A DNA stretch of 64,000 nucleotides. Source: Azolla caroliniana (taxonomy: Eukaryota; Plantae; Polypodiophyta). The notes under the pieces were generated by a model that was given only the letters and a program-made list of their open reading frames with translations, was not told the DNA's origin and ran no database searches. Shown in pieces: positions 36,950-49,937 of the stretch (positions are counted from its first letter, which is position 1; every line of letters starts with the position of its first letter). The stretch covers positions 4,402,001 through 4,466,000 of the forward strand of contig JBHGNT010000012.1 in the NCBI GenBank assembly GCA_043228905.1. Reading direction: 5' to 3'. Both the position numbers and the translations under genes were made by a program.

Positions 36950-38075
36950 GCTGTAAAGGCAGGGCAAGGGAAGGAAGGAAGCATATGATGCAACTTTGAG
37001 GATAAAATTTTGATGAGTGATATTGTCTTTTTGAGAGCATGGGTGAACGTGGACATCCCACGGTTCTTCAACCCTATAACAATGCTTCTTCAATTGCATG
37101 GATCAGTTTAGCGAGGAATGAAGACGGTGGCTGAACTGAGAAAAGAGAAGGGTCTTTCTATTCCTGCCAATAAAAATTTCATCTACAAGGTGGGTTTTTT
37201 GGTTTTTATCTTTGCTTCTTCACTGAAATTCTTGAGAAACATAAATATCTAAAAAGCATCAAAGTAGTTTAATGTTAAATTGGCAGCTTAGAGGTCACTA
37301 CTTCCTGAAGCCAACATCCCACTTGGAATCCTAAGTTATCCACGTTTTTAATACAGGAAATTGAGAGGCAACCTCGGCATTTCAGTAAGCTGAAAATACC
37401 TAAAGCTCTCTAGGCTGAACTCCCTTTTGCTTCCAAACCGAAGCTGCAGAAGGAAAGAAGTAAACCAACTCTGGAAGCTCATAGGGTAGTAGTTTTGGAG
37501 CCCCATGAACACAAAGTGCATACACTTGTTCAACAACTGAATACTATTAGAAATGAGAAGGTATAACATTTATCCTATGTACATCTCTGTTTGTCATGTG
37601 CATATTCTAGATCCAGCTTAGTTCTGGTTTGAGAAATTGAAGTGTTGCATACAAATAGTAATTATGAGTAAAAGAGAAAATACAAGGTCCAAAACTTTTC
37701 ACCTAAATAAAGAAAATGAAAATGACAGAAAATGACTCCATTTGTCTTTGATTTTCATTAGAATAAAAATCAGAAGCAAACAATGATGATTAGTATTTAA
37801 AAATCATTGAGCATTTTAAAAGTTGTTTTCAAAGAAAATGTAGTTTAAACTCACCTAAGGCTCAATGCAATATAACTGTATCTATTCTAGTGTGGTGAAA
37901 GTTTTTGATATTTTTTCTTGTAGGTAAAAAAGCGGAAGGAGCAACATGTTAAAAAGAGGAAAGTCTATGAGGAAAAGAAAGCCCAAGAAGAAGTAGAAAA
38001 GAAGAAGAGGCGTCAAGAGGACATTAGGGGCCGGTTCCGGTAGGCCGCAAAACGCAAGAAAATTGAGTGATTTAA
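36950..38075 (+). pseudogene. BMS1: Captured 3' fragment (3 exons, introns retained) of ribosome biogenesis GTPase BMS1
   Basis: Exon 36950-37189 (CNFEDKILMSDIVFLRAW..PRFFNP..GMKTVAELR), exon 37357-37560 (IER..KIPKAL*AELPFASKPK..EPHEHKVH), exon from 37924 (Lys/Glu-rich tail); internal stops. Confidence 0.85.
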
Positions 38076-40310
38076 AGTGGGAATGTTCTGAAAGAATGGC
38101 CATATGTTGACACTTTTTCCTCCTTTAATTCTTCAACAAAGATGTATGTGTTTTAAATGGAATGCGAACAAGTACATAATTATCCAGGACGGGGAATGAC
38201 AAAGAATAGTGGAGAGCTCTAATGTGGTGTTTGGATCTCAATGCGATGATCTAAGTTGGCGGTCCCTTATGATAATTATTTTATCGTCATTGCAACTGCC
38301 AACAAGAGACAGAGAAAGAGTTATCTGGAATATTGTACCATTGGAGGTTTGTATTGTCCTTATAAATTGATTGGGCCATTTTGAGAGGTGCTCAAGTTTG
38401 TCATGTATAGCCCTACAATTCCTAGGGTTTTATGCACTTCCTCGCAAGGTTTTCAAATGTGGACCATTTTTATTTCACAAATTTTGAAAATAATGAATGA
38501 AATCCACAAGTACTCGACCTTTGTATTAAATTGTGAATTGGTTTCAATGATTCAGTTGTAGTTAATACCGTTGAGGTGTCATTTTGGATAATACCTGTGG
38601 TATAGTTGATGGGGTTGGCTATGTAGTTCATGAGAACATGATGGGTTTTGTATCAATTTCACAACTTTATAGAGTTTTGATGATTTTGATTCATCATTCG
38701 CAATGAGATAGTGTACACATATTTGGCAATGGTATAGTGTGTTTTCATATATTCTTGCATCATTGTGTATACTAAGCGAATTTCAAGGTAAACATAATAT
38801 TACAAATATTTTTTAGGAAGGTTTCAAATTCTAGAAGTATTTAACGTATTTAACGTACTATATATATTTTATGTATTTTATAGGTATTTAACATACTAAA
38901 AAACGTATTTAACGTATTTGTAAATTGGGAGGTACTATACCCGTATTAATACGTTAAATACGTATCGTATCAGTACCGTACCTAACGTACCTAACAACCA
39001 TGGTTAAGACTGAGGCGCGAAGTACAACACTGTTGCAAATATAACCGTAGATGGCCCAAATTATCTCCTCTCTTCCCATACACTACAATGTTGTCGAGGA
39101 AGACTTGCATGAACGCAGGGATAAAATCGCCAAAAATCTCCGTAATAGTGCATTGAAACGTGGCGGGAGCGGTCTTGAGTCTGAACATCATGAGTACAGG
39201 TACAAAGACTCCCTATTCGGTTACGAACGCAGTCTTCTCCTGATCCTCTGGGTGCATGCGTACTTGGTTATAACCGCTAAATCCATCTAGGAAACTATAC
39301 ATGTTGTGGCCGGAGACTGCGACGAGTATGATGTCTGTAAACGGTAAGGGGAACGCGTCCATAATCATGACAACGTTTAACTTGGGATAATCGACACATA
39401 CGCGTGTTATCCCATTTTTCTTTGGCAATACCACTATTGCGCTCAACCATGTTTCTTGCTTAACTGGCCATATGAACTCGGCTTTTAAGAGCTTGTCAAA
39501 TTCATTTTTTACGCGTGCCGCGTAGTTTGGGTTCATGCGATAACGTCGTTGCTGCAAGGGTTTTCGCATCCGTGGCCAAGTTAATCTTGTGTTGGTAGAA
39601 TTTTGGGTCCATCCATTTCATATCTTCTTGCGACCAAGCAAAGACATCTTTAAATTCCTGAAGTAGCTCCGTCATTGCCTTTTCTCACTTGGCATCAAAT
39701 CCTTAGCGATTGATAGTAGCCTTGGAACTTCCACAGATCCTACATTCATTTCTTCCAAAGCCGACGTTGTAACCATTCACGAATTTTGCATCTCCTTCAC
39801 GAAATAGTGCTCTGCTTAGCTCTAGCATGAATTCGGGATCTGGTTCATACTTGCTCACTGGCAGCGTACTTGTTGGGGCGTATTCATTGGCAGCCTCGAG
39901 AGCGTCTATCTTGAACAATGGTATTATTCGCGGGTTTTCGTCGAGGTACGCTTCGATCTCTGTATCATCCAATCCTTCAAACATATTAATTTCTTCTACG
40001 TATAGGGGCGTAATGGCTTTTGTAGGTGCAGAGGTTTCCTGCATAGGTACACGGACCTTGCTTTGCCTACGTCTGAAACTAATGCAGTTATGTTGCCAAT
40101 TCTGCTTGATGTTAACAGACTATAGCCATGGTCGGCCTAACAAAATCTGGTCTGCCCCTGGGGCGTCCAGAGCCAGTACTACCGCGGAAATCTCAAAGTT
40201 ATGCCCACTAACTACAATCCCTAGCTTCTGAATCAATCCTAGCAGTCTGACAGAATGAGTGTCTGCCATTCGGAGCCAGAATGGGCATGCCTCCCAATCT
40301 GTAATACCGA

Positions 40311-41373
40311 GCCGATTGCAAGTGGTTTTACTCATCACGTTGACTCCAGACCCGCCGTTGACTATGCATCCTGTGATTTCATATCCTTGCAGTACCACCC
40401 TGATGGCTGAGTTGTGATGATCTACCATTTAAAAAAAAAAAAAAATTATCGTAATTAGCTTACCTTAGTGGTAAGTTGTTAACACTACAAGCACTGTATC
40501 TTAGGTTTGAAACCCAATTTTGTCACTTCTCTCTATTATATACTTCATATATATCTCTTAATTCAGTAGATGCCACTATGGAATGTAGGGGTTGAACCCA
40601 TGACCACCTGGTCTCCATTGGGCAACCTTACCAACTAAGCTACATCCATCATTGTTGGTCCTGAGCTGGGCTTCGTGTAATTAGCCGGAATTTCCAGTCC
40701 AATTGTGCCCTGTATGCAATTTTCCACTGTTTGTTGGAATCGTGGGACAAGTCATAATAGCTTGTCTATGGTTATCGTAATTTTGCAGTCTGCTAATGCT
40801 AGCCATACCGGGTTTGGTGTCACTGCCGTGTCTTCCCTCTTTGCCGATTGCAAGTGGTTTTACTCATCACGTTGACTCCAGACCCGCCGTTGACTATGCA
40901 TCCTGTGATTTCATATCCTTGCAGTACCACCCTGATGGCTGAGTTGTGATGATCTACCATTTAAAAAAAAAAAAAATTATCGTAATTAGCTTACCTTAGT
41001 GGTAAGTTGTTAACACTACAAGCACTGTGTCTTAGGTTCGAAACCCAATTTTGTCACTTCTCTCTATTATATACTTCATATATATCTCTTAATTCAGTAG
41101 ATGCCACTATGGAATGTAGGGGTTGAACCCATGACCACTTGGTCTCCATTGGGCAACCTTACCAACTAAGCTACATCCATCATTGTTGGTCCTGAGCTGG
41201 GCTTTGTGTAATTAGCCGGAATTTCCAGTCCAATTGTGCCCTGTATGCAATTTTCCACTGTTTGTTGGAATCGTGGGACAAGTCATAATAGCTTGTCTAT
41301 GGTTATCGTAATTTTGCAGTCTGCTAATGCTAGCCATACCGGGTTTGGTGTCACTGCCGTGTCTTCCCTCTTT
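40311..41373. repeat. 532-bp tandem duplication
   Basis: 40311-40842 is repeated from 40843. Confidence 0.92.
40429..40645 (-). mobile_element. Short tRNA-derived SINE-like insertion (duplicated at about 40961-41175)
   Basis: A/B-box-like modules on both strands, a T-run at the minus-strand 3' end, CCAT on both sides; removal restores gypsy PTMMVDH. Confidence 0.5.
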
Positions 41374-42553
41374 GGAGCGGTGTTGACGGACTCTTGCTGC
41401 ATGCGCTCCGCGTTAGCTAATTTTGCTTTTTCTACCCAATCTTGGGTTGCTTTGCGTATGTACTTTTGTTCAACCCATTATGTGCTTTTCGCTTGACTGC
41501 GTGTTATGACTTGTTGGACGTCCGCTATAATCATATTTACCGCTGGTCCTTTGCCTTTATCACGTTGTGGGCATTGTGTTGCATAGTGGCCTAGCTGCTC
41601 ACACACGAAGCAATGTACGTTGGATTCTCCTTTTTCGACGACTGGGGCTGCGGTGGTTTCCAAGGGTGCCAATTGTTCTTCCCATGCTTGCTGAAACCAC
41701 AGTGGTTGCGGGGCTTCTGGTGATACTCCCGACAAGGCTCTTGGCGTTGTTCCTCCTTGGAACTCTCCTCATAACGACGATGGTCCCTTGACAAACGATT
41801 ACTACCGTTTCTACGGGGCCTGGCCTGTCCGCTGCGACTATTGGTAGGGCATCGATTATCATAGCGACGACTCCCCCGATTGTAATGGTCGTTGCTCCGA
41901 TACTCCTCTTCTTCCTACTCTTACTCGTCGGAATAAGGATCCTTGTTGCGGCAGTGACGGTATGTCCTTTCGACACGCTGGCTCCATTCCGTATTATAGT
42001 AACACTCCTCCTGACAGCCTTGGTCATTATGGCGTACTGTTGTTGTGGTTCCATACGGTGAACTGTCGGTGTGAGCCTATTCAACATATTATATTCGCAC
42101 TGATCCAACGTATGCGCCTGTGAATGGCAAATGGGGCAATGTATCCGCATGTTACACTCCACCGTGGAGTGTCATGAATTTATGCAAATTGTGCATTGGA
42201 TGGCTTGGTGAAAATGGTAGTCCTCGTCCTAGGGCAGCACTTGTCGTAAAGATGATATACACAATTCATCGTCCTCCTCTTCCATCTTAAGTTGTAGTGC
42301 CCGCTCTATGACTGCATCTGCCATTTGGTCTATAAGATTTTGCGTATTCAATGTTGTTTGGATTGGTTGCCCTAATGCTGCCAAAAATGTTTCTTTGGCC
42401 TCATCCTGCATCGGAGCACGTGTGAGCTGTCGGCATAAACTCTGGAATTGCAAGCTGAAATCCGCCACGGACTCTTGCTGCAGTTGCTTGATTGTGTAGA
42501 ACTACCCGATAATCTCATGTTGGGGAATATTGCGATGGAAGAATCGTAAGAAT

Positions 42554-44692
42554 TGAGGAGAATACCACGCATAATATCACTTGGTCACAATCGAGAATTA
42601 AACACAAAAATGGGGTTGGAGATTAGTGCACGTACACACACGAACAATAGAGAGTACACACGCACTCCACCTATCACCATGATCCGGGCTTTGTATCTGC
42701 ATTTCCCGGTTTTAGCTTGTACAACCACTTGTTCCTGAGTGCCCTCTTTCCTTTCGGCAACTTCGTCAGTTCATACATGTGGTTCTCATGCAGGGAATCC
42801 ATCTCGTCCTGCATGGCACTCTACCACTTGCGGCTGTGGGTGTCTTTCTTTGCTTCTTTGAAGCTTTCAGGCTCCCCCTCATCGGTTAACAATACGTGCT
42901 CTGCATCCGGAAATCTCCAAGGGGCTCTTCTCTCTTGGAGAGGATATCTCCATCCTTGATTTCTGACTACTGGTTTCTCCGTTTGTTCCTCATCCGAGTC
43001 CGATTCGGGATCTTATCCGGTTCCAGTGTCTTCTTCTTTTTCATCGGTCGGTTCGGTGGTTCGTCGAGTGTCATCCGGTTGCTGGCCAACATCCAGTTTT
43101 CAACCGGGTAGGTCCTTGTATCCTCAAACCAGTTTTCATTGGATGATACGGAGTTCATCATCTTCTTCTCTGACTCCCAATCGGCAATGGTCCTGTCTTC
43201 CATGAAGACTATGTCCCGACTCCGGAACACCTTCTTGTCGACCAAATCCCACACCCGGTAACCGATCTCATCATTGCCGTATCCAAGGATTATGCATGGT
43301 CTGGACTTCGGATCCAACTTTTCTCTCTTGTCCTTTGCAACATGCACATATGCGAGATGCCCGAACACCTTCAGATGTCGGTAAGACACGTCCTTACCGG
43401 TCCATACTCCGGTTATGGGGACTCTGGTTCCGTTGTCTTCCTCTCTGTGCTTCCGATTCGGTAAGGAGGGTTTTAGAGTCGGAGGTCACTTCTTTGCCTT
43501 TCTAACGCGCCTCTTCTTCTAGCAAGCTTGACTTGACTCTTGCTAGGGACATTTGTTTCCCTTTCGGCCCGGCGTTGCCCAACGTGACAACTAGTGTCTC
43601 CCAACTATCCAGGAGGGAACCGAGCAGGAGTAATGCGAGTACCCCATCGGCGAGAGGTACTTCCAACAAGGTTTCTTGGTTTATCAGTCCCTGGAAGGCA
43701 ATCATGTGCTCCGCCATACTGGGGTCGTCCTGGTACCGGAACCTCACTAGCTTCCGGAATACTGAAACCCGATTAACAACATTCTTGTTCTGGAACATGA
43801 TGCCGATCTTCTCCCAAAGTTCATGAGCCTTACATTCTTCATTGAAATTGTTGTACAGGCTCATGTTGATGAAGCACCGGATGTATGCTGTCGTCTTCAT
43901 GTGCATCACGTCCCACACTTTGGCATTGATCTTATCTAGTCTCTTGTCCGCAAACTCAATCGGCAACCATAGATCTTTAACCACCAGCATATCCCTCATC
44001 TTCGACTTCCACACTGAGTAGTTGGAGCTGATGAGCTTGAACATGCCGCCGAACGATTCTTCCATTTCCTATGTTGTTCGCCCTGATACTAGATTGAGGA
44101 GAATACCAGGCGTAATATCACTCGGCCACAACTGAGCCTTAGATCACTTCTTTGAGAATCAAACACAGAAATGAGGTTGGAGATTAGTACACATACACAC
44201 ACGAACAATAGAGAGTACACAAGATGTTTATGTGGAAACCCTGAATGGTAAAAACCATGAGAGCCCATGGACTCCACCTATAACTATGAGGGGAGGAATA
44301 CAAAGTGAGATTCAAAGGCAACGACGTCGAGCTCTATGTCTTCGCTAACCGGCGGTTACAACAGAAATTGTTTTGTGTCTGTCTCACTCTCTATACAACA
44401 ATTATGCACATACACCAATATGAGAACACTACCTTCTATGATTTCCCTAGGTCATATTTATACTCATATGAGCTTAGGGCTATTTACAAATATAGCCTCA
44501 ATAGGCTTACTCAAAACATATTTACAAATATGTCTTCTCTTCCGGTTCTCATCGGGTCCATCCAATCCGGTTTCCAGATCTCTTCCAGTTCTCAACGGGT
44601 TCGTCCGATCTGGTTTCAGGATCTCTTCCGGTTCTCACCGGGTCGTCGTCATTCATAATGGGATCCCATATGGAGGCACCGACTTCCCAACA
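42554..44692 (-). mobile_element. Internally deleted copia element (copia B)
   Basis: TSD AGAAT (42549-42553, 44693-44697); 5' LTR 44095-44692, truncated 3' LTR from 42554; gag MEESFGGMFKL and INT/RT scraps. Confidence 0.85.
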
Positions 44693-45709
44693 AGAATGAC
44701 GATAGGAGCTAATCAAACGAAGCAAATGACATGATGTCGAGGTGTGAATGCTAGAGGGCAGCTCACCCATCCAAAGTTAGCCCAAACTCAGCAATCTTCG
44801 AGGCGTGGGTTTCCGCCTCCAGGAGTCGCTGCGCGATATGGTTAGCATTCCAAACATTGAGAAATGACCGAATGTGGCCCTCGGCGTCGGTATTGCTACT
44901 GCAACGGGGGTATGAAAAAGCCATTCTAGTTGCTACAATAGTGTTTGGGAGGTTACTGCTGCCGCGGTGTGCGCTTTTGTGAGAAGTAGTATCACTCTAT
45001 TGATCTGGTGTAGACCAAACCTCCTGCTTGGTGCGGCTTTGTTCGGTGATCAGGGATTCTATTGTAAACTCCGGGGAAGATGGGACGCGGTCTCTAAGGC
45101 GTGGTTTCTGCGTAGCGCGTTCTTCTCTCTTTCTAGTGAAGAACCTGGTCTGTGGTCGATCTGGTCGAGTCGGTTCTCTGTGTCGTCGTCGGCTAGACAT
45201 CCATCCCCTGTTGCTTGGCTGTGAAGATTCACAAACCACCGGGCGTGCCAAAAGTGTTACTAGTTAGGAACACGACCTACCCTCAGTCCTTCAGGGTAAG
45301 CTCAAGGAGATAGTGGTATAGGGAATTGCCACGCGTACTATGCGTAACTACAACGTAGTCTAACGTCAAGGCGTAATGGTTGTTCGTGAGGTAAGACGTG
45401 AACTTGGAGATAGCTACAACTGAGCTCCTACCGTGCGTAAATGCACAACAACACTTACTCATCTTAAACAATTATGTTGGGTATTGACACAGAAATAGTG
45501 ACACAGGAAACTCTAGAGATCGAGATCAGAGAAGATACAAATTGTATTAAACGACTATACGCTCAAAACTGCGTTAGCTCTTACAATGTTCATATGCCTT
45601 TTATATACACAGGGCCTATTCGGTTACACTTCCTACGTGAACCATTACACGCGTTACTTCAACGCGTTACTATTATAATAATAAGCCTCTTTATCATGCA
45701 TTATTTACA

Positions 45710-46252
45710 TTTGTGCACGTACGGCAGACAACAGATTGTGCTCGCCCCATGCAAGGAACTAAGGAGACGGTTCACACGCAAGGAAAAGGGGAATATGACA
45801 ACGGCAGAGACGAGTCGGATCAGAACAAATCTGACTTTGGACAGACCGAACGCAGACCTTCGGAGACGAGGTCTGATTCGGCCAAGAGGGCCTTGAAATC
45901 GGCTAATGAGAAGTTACGCCGATCCACCCGCTAGAAGAAACCCATGAAACGTTATGGTTATAACGAGTACATGGCGCATCACTATGCGTACATGACGAAA
46001 GTGGCGGAACTGCATGAGCAAGAGATCTACGCAGAAGTGGCAAAAGACACACAATGACGTGCCGCTATGGAGGAAGAGATGCATGCACTCACAAAAAATG
46101 AGACGTGGGATTTAGTAGACGTACCGAAAGGAGTGAAGTTGATCGGTTGCCAGCGGGAATACAAGGTTAAATACAACACTGACGGCTCCGTCAACTGGTA
46201 CAAGGCCCGGTTAGTGGCCAAGAGCTACGCGCAGCAGCATGGCATCGATTAC
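45710..46252 (+). pseudogene. Older copia RT N-terminal fragment between two gypsy LTRs
   Basis: AMEEEMHALTKNETWDLV..YKARLVAKSYAQQHGIDY. Confidence 0.8.
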
Positions 46253-49200
46253 TGTTACCGATTAGTAACACTGTCTACGGTCTATCCTTCGACCTAGACC
46301 TCAAGGTGACGGTGTTGCAAGTAATGGTATCATCATACCGTAATACATAATGGGATACTTCCCCGTATCGTAGTAGCGTTGTCGTAGTGTGAATCACACA
46401 CTATGTGAAATATGTAAAATACTATATACGATTTAAAGTACGTATAATAAATAAAATAAAATATTTAAAATATTTATTACGTGCATAGGGCAAGATTCGA
46501 ACCCTATACCTCCACGTAGACAAACCCCAACCTTACTATTGTACTAACTTATCCTAAATGTTCTAAATATAGATTTAATACATAAGACCTTTATTTACGC
46601 CTACCTTTATTAAAAGGTAAGTCATACATTTTTTAGAATGCGTGAATACTTTATTTATAAGAAAACTGTACACCAATAAAAAATGACTTGTGCACATCTA
46701 GCGAGCATGAGCACTATATTTAAGAAAATAAAAGCATAGTGTAAAAAGGGCAACTCATGCAAATTTAGTGTGCATGAACAGTTTAGAAAAAGCATGAAGC
46801 TATGCTTAGCCTCTTCCATCCATATATAAGGAGGAGAGAAAGATGTATGGGGGGTTGTTGCTTATTTTACAAAGGTGGATTAATATAATATAATTGTGGG
46901 ATTCACGAACTTGCTAACTATTTTTTCTCTCTCTTAATCTGAGTACTCTCTAATACACTATACTCGTGGGATTCACAAGTTTTTCATATCTTTCTTTCTT
47001 ACAACATATTTCATATTCTTCATTGCCTTAGATTTTCCTTTTCTCCTAGTCCAAAACCTCAGTGGTTCCCGCTCGACTCACACAACGATCCGGAGCCGAA
47101 AGGCACGACATCGTATAAGGGGAGACGGCTACAACCGAACTCCTTAGGAAGTGCACTTAGTATTCGCACTTACACCTACACCTTTACGATTACAGTCTGC
47201 CACAGAGAACAAAAGAACACAGTAGATAAAACCACAAATATGCACAGAAATCAGAGAAGATAATATTCTATTAGAATAATGCTCTATACATTAGAATTAC
47301 ACGCTACCTCTTACAGAGGATTTCTGCCCTTTATATACCTAGGGCCTTTTAGCCGTTCACGCTTCAAGTGTGAAACATTACATGCATTTGTTACGCTTTT
47401 ACTATATTCTAATATTTCTGTGCTTCTGTCCATCGGTTAGTATTCCGGCGGACAACACCTGGCACGCATGTGGGACAGTGCCATGGCACGTCGGACCCAC
47501 CCCATTAATCTTCCTCCAAAATGGCCCGGATGTTTGGTTCCGCCCGGATGTCCTGGTCCGGGGACGACGTAGTGTCCCTAGGCGCGTCATTACACGGTTC
47601 CATATCTTGTATGTGGTCAGTGGGGCTTTCCATGGTATTAATTTATCCCTGTGTGTGCTGTTCGGGCTCTTCTGGCTCCTCCCGTTCTACTGTGGCTGGC
47701 TCATCCGTCTGCGGGCTCTCGGGAGGTTGAGGCTTTGTCCTGTCCGTTACTTCCTCCATGTTGCTGGTCGTAGTTGTACACTCCGGTGAATGGGGCTGAG
47801 GTTCGTCCTGTTCGGCGGTCTCACTTTCCAGTATCGCGAGGGGCTCCGCTCATTGTTTCGTGCTACCTACTGTATTTGTTATTTCCGGTGACATGGGCCG
47901 AGGTTCCTCTTGTTCGGCAGTATCACTTACTAGTTCGCGATGGATGCCTCATTTGGTCGCGTGCTACCGGCTTCCATGATTTGGTGAAACATGTCCTCCT
48001 GACTTTTGCCAAAATTTTCTAGTAGCTGCGCGAGTTCCTTAGAGTGTTGGTCCGCTAGCGTGTGATAATCCTGTGCTAGGTCCGCGCGTACTGCCACAAT
48101 GCTTTCCTCATTGAGTTTGTAGAAACCTCGGCCGTATTTTCTTCGGTTCTCCCAGTCCGCCTGGTAGGTATGCAACTCCGCCACTTGTGCAGCCCATGCC
48201 ATCCAGCCTTTGTCTAGTGCCGCTTGTAATTGCGCCGTAAACCTCTCCCGATTTGTTTGAAGAAGTATGCGCACGTTGTCGGTTATTGCTTGGCAGCGGT
48301 TGTGCGCTTCTTCCACGGTTTTCGTGAGGTTTTCGATTTCTTGTTTATTGACCGCCGCCGCTTCCTCATAATTGCTCCTTATTCCTGCCCATAACTTAGA
48401 CTCCTTCGAGTGTAATTCCTCCAGCTTTCCCATTTCATTCTTAAGATGGATTTTGAGTTGATGCCTCACCTCCTGTTCCTGTACAAGCAGCTCATCGAAC
48501 CACGCTTTCTTCCTTTCCAATAACCCCCGGAGTCCCGTGATTGCCATTTCCGATTTTTGCACTTCCTCCCATAGTTTGGAGTTTTCTTCTTTCGTGCGGG
48601 TGTGCTCTACTACCTTCACTTCAAGTTTTTCTTCAAGGGCCTTCACTGCCTTTCGGCCTTTGACCCGGATGTCCTTTTCTCTGTCGGAGGATTGGCGAAG
48701 TTCGGAGCAAAGGTGGTCAATCTCGGATTCCTCCAGCTACACGACACTCTTTGCTTTTGAGGCAATGGCGGTCTCAGATTGAACCTCTTCTCTCTGGGAT
48801 TGGGCCTCGGTGGTGTTGTCTGTTGGTCGAGATGCCTTCTGCGCCGTAGTTGCGTTACGTTCCAACTCCGCGATGCGTTCGTTGGCCTTTTGTAGCTGAG
48901 CTTGGGTCTGTTTAACTGTTTTCCAGACATTTTTGTTTTTAATTGCCATATCCTTGGCACCAAGACTGACCTTAACCAGTTCCCTATGAAGCTCGATGAG
49001 GGCCGCGTTTAATGGGGGTAGTTCAATTCCCATTCGGCGTATCTCGACATTCCGCTGTCTGCCTACTCTAGCTAGCAGCCCCTCATCATCGCTTTCCACC
49101 GTTTGTGTTAGCACGTGCTCAATCATTTGTTGTTCTGCGTGCTCCTCGGCCATTCATTGTGAGACTTTTATTTGTTGCATTGCCAAAAATTCCATGAGTT

Positions 49201-49937
49201 TGTAAGTAGTTCCGAATTGTAACAGTGCACCGAACTCATGGGTTGTGTCTAGAATGTCCAGATACTTCAGGACCTCACTTTCTGTCGTAAATACGCCTTT
49301 CTCCCGTTGTGATTGGGCCGTAATGATAGGCCATGGTTCCCGGATTATTTCGAAAGTGGTGTTGGGCTTCGTAGCTACGGAACTGTCGACCACAACGGTC
49401 GTTTCTATGGCCGCAAGTGTGTCTTTAACTAATCCGCGCCCATCTTTCTTGTCTAGCCTCCGCCATTTCGGCCTCGAGCTTTCATGGGGTTGCTTGGGTT
49501 CCTACTCCTACAAGGCTTCCTCTCTGCGCTACGGCCGTTCTTCCTGTGTTGTTCGTGTGCTGGGCTGGGCCGATTGGGGTTCATCCTCCCATTCTGTGGT
49601 GGCCAACTCCGCCAACCTCCGTTTCGCGGAGGCGGTGGCATGGGTTGGTTGGGCTGTGGTGCGGGCAGACCTCGGGGTGGGAATAGTATCGTCAGATAAT
49701 GTTGTATGATTGGCCTTAGCTTTTTGCCGCCTTGGTACGTGTGCAGGCCTTCCCGTAACGCTGGTCCCGTAATGACCCCCCAATCAACCTCGCGCCCTTT
49801 GAAGGTACCAATGATGATGCCTGCCTTCTGCTTTGGCATCCCATAGGCATTTACATGCATGCATCCGACTTCCAACAAGAACTTGGCTATTTCGTGAAAG
49901 AAGGAATCGGGGATTTCCTTCGTCCTATATGCCTTGG

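Larger units (their letters stand above)
13293..39002 (+). mobile_element. hAT DNA transposon (left end apparently deleted) with captured gene fragments and a large nested insertion
   Basis: Transposase split at 16331/35186. Subterminal ACGTA/GTAC repeats at 38835-38995 and a probable right end ..CCTAACAACCATG at 39002 abutting gypsy RT. No matching left TIR found. Confidence 0.7.
39003..45709 (-). mobile_element. Gypsy A (non-chromovirus): 5' LTR, gag with three CCHC knuckles, PR, partial RT; decayed
   Basis: LTR about 45255-45709; PBS TGGCACGCCCGGTGG at 45250-45236 (tRNA-Arg-like); CFVCEQLGHYATQC, CPICHSQAHTLDQC; IVNGGSG; RVCVDY..FLDGFSGYNQ..FLDN. Confidence 0.85.
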
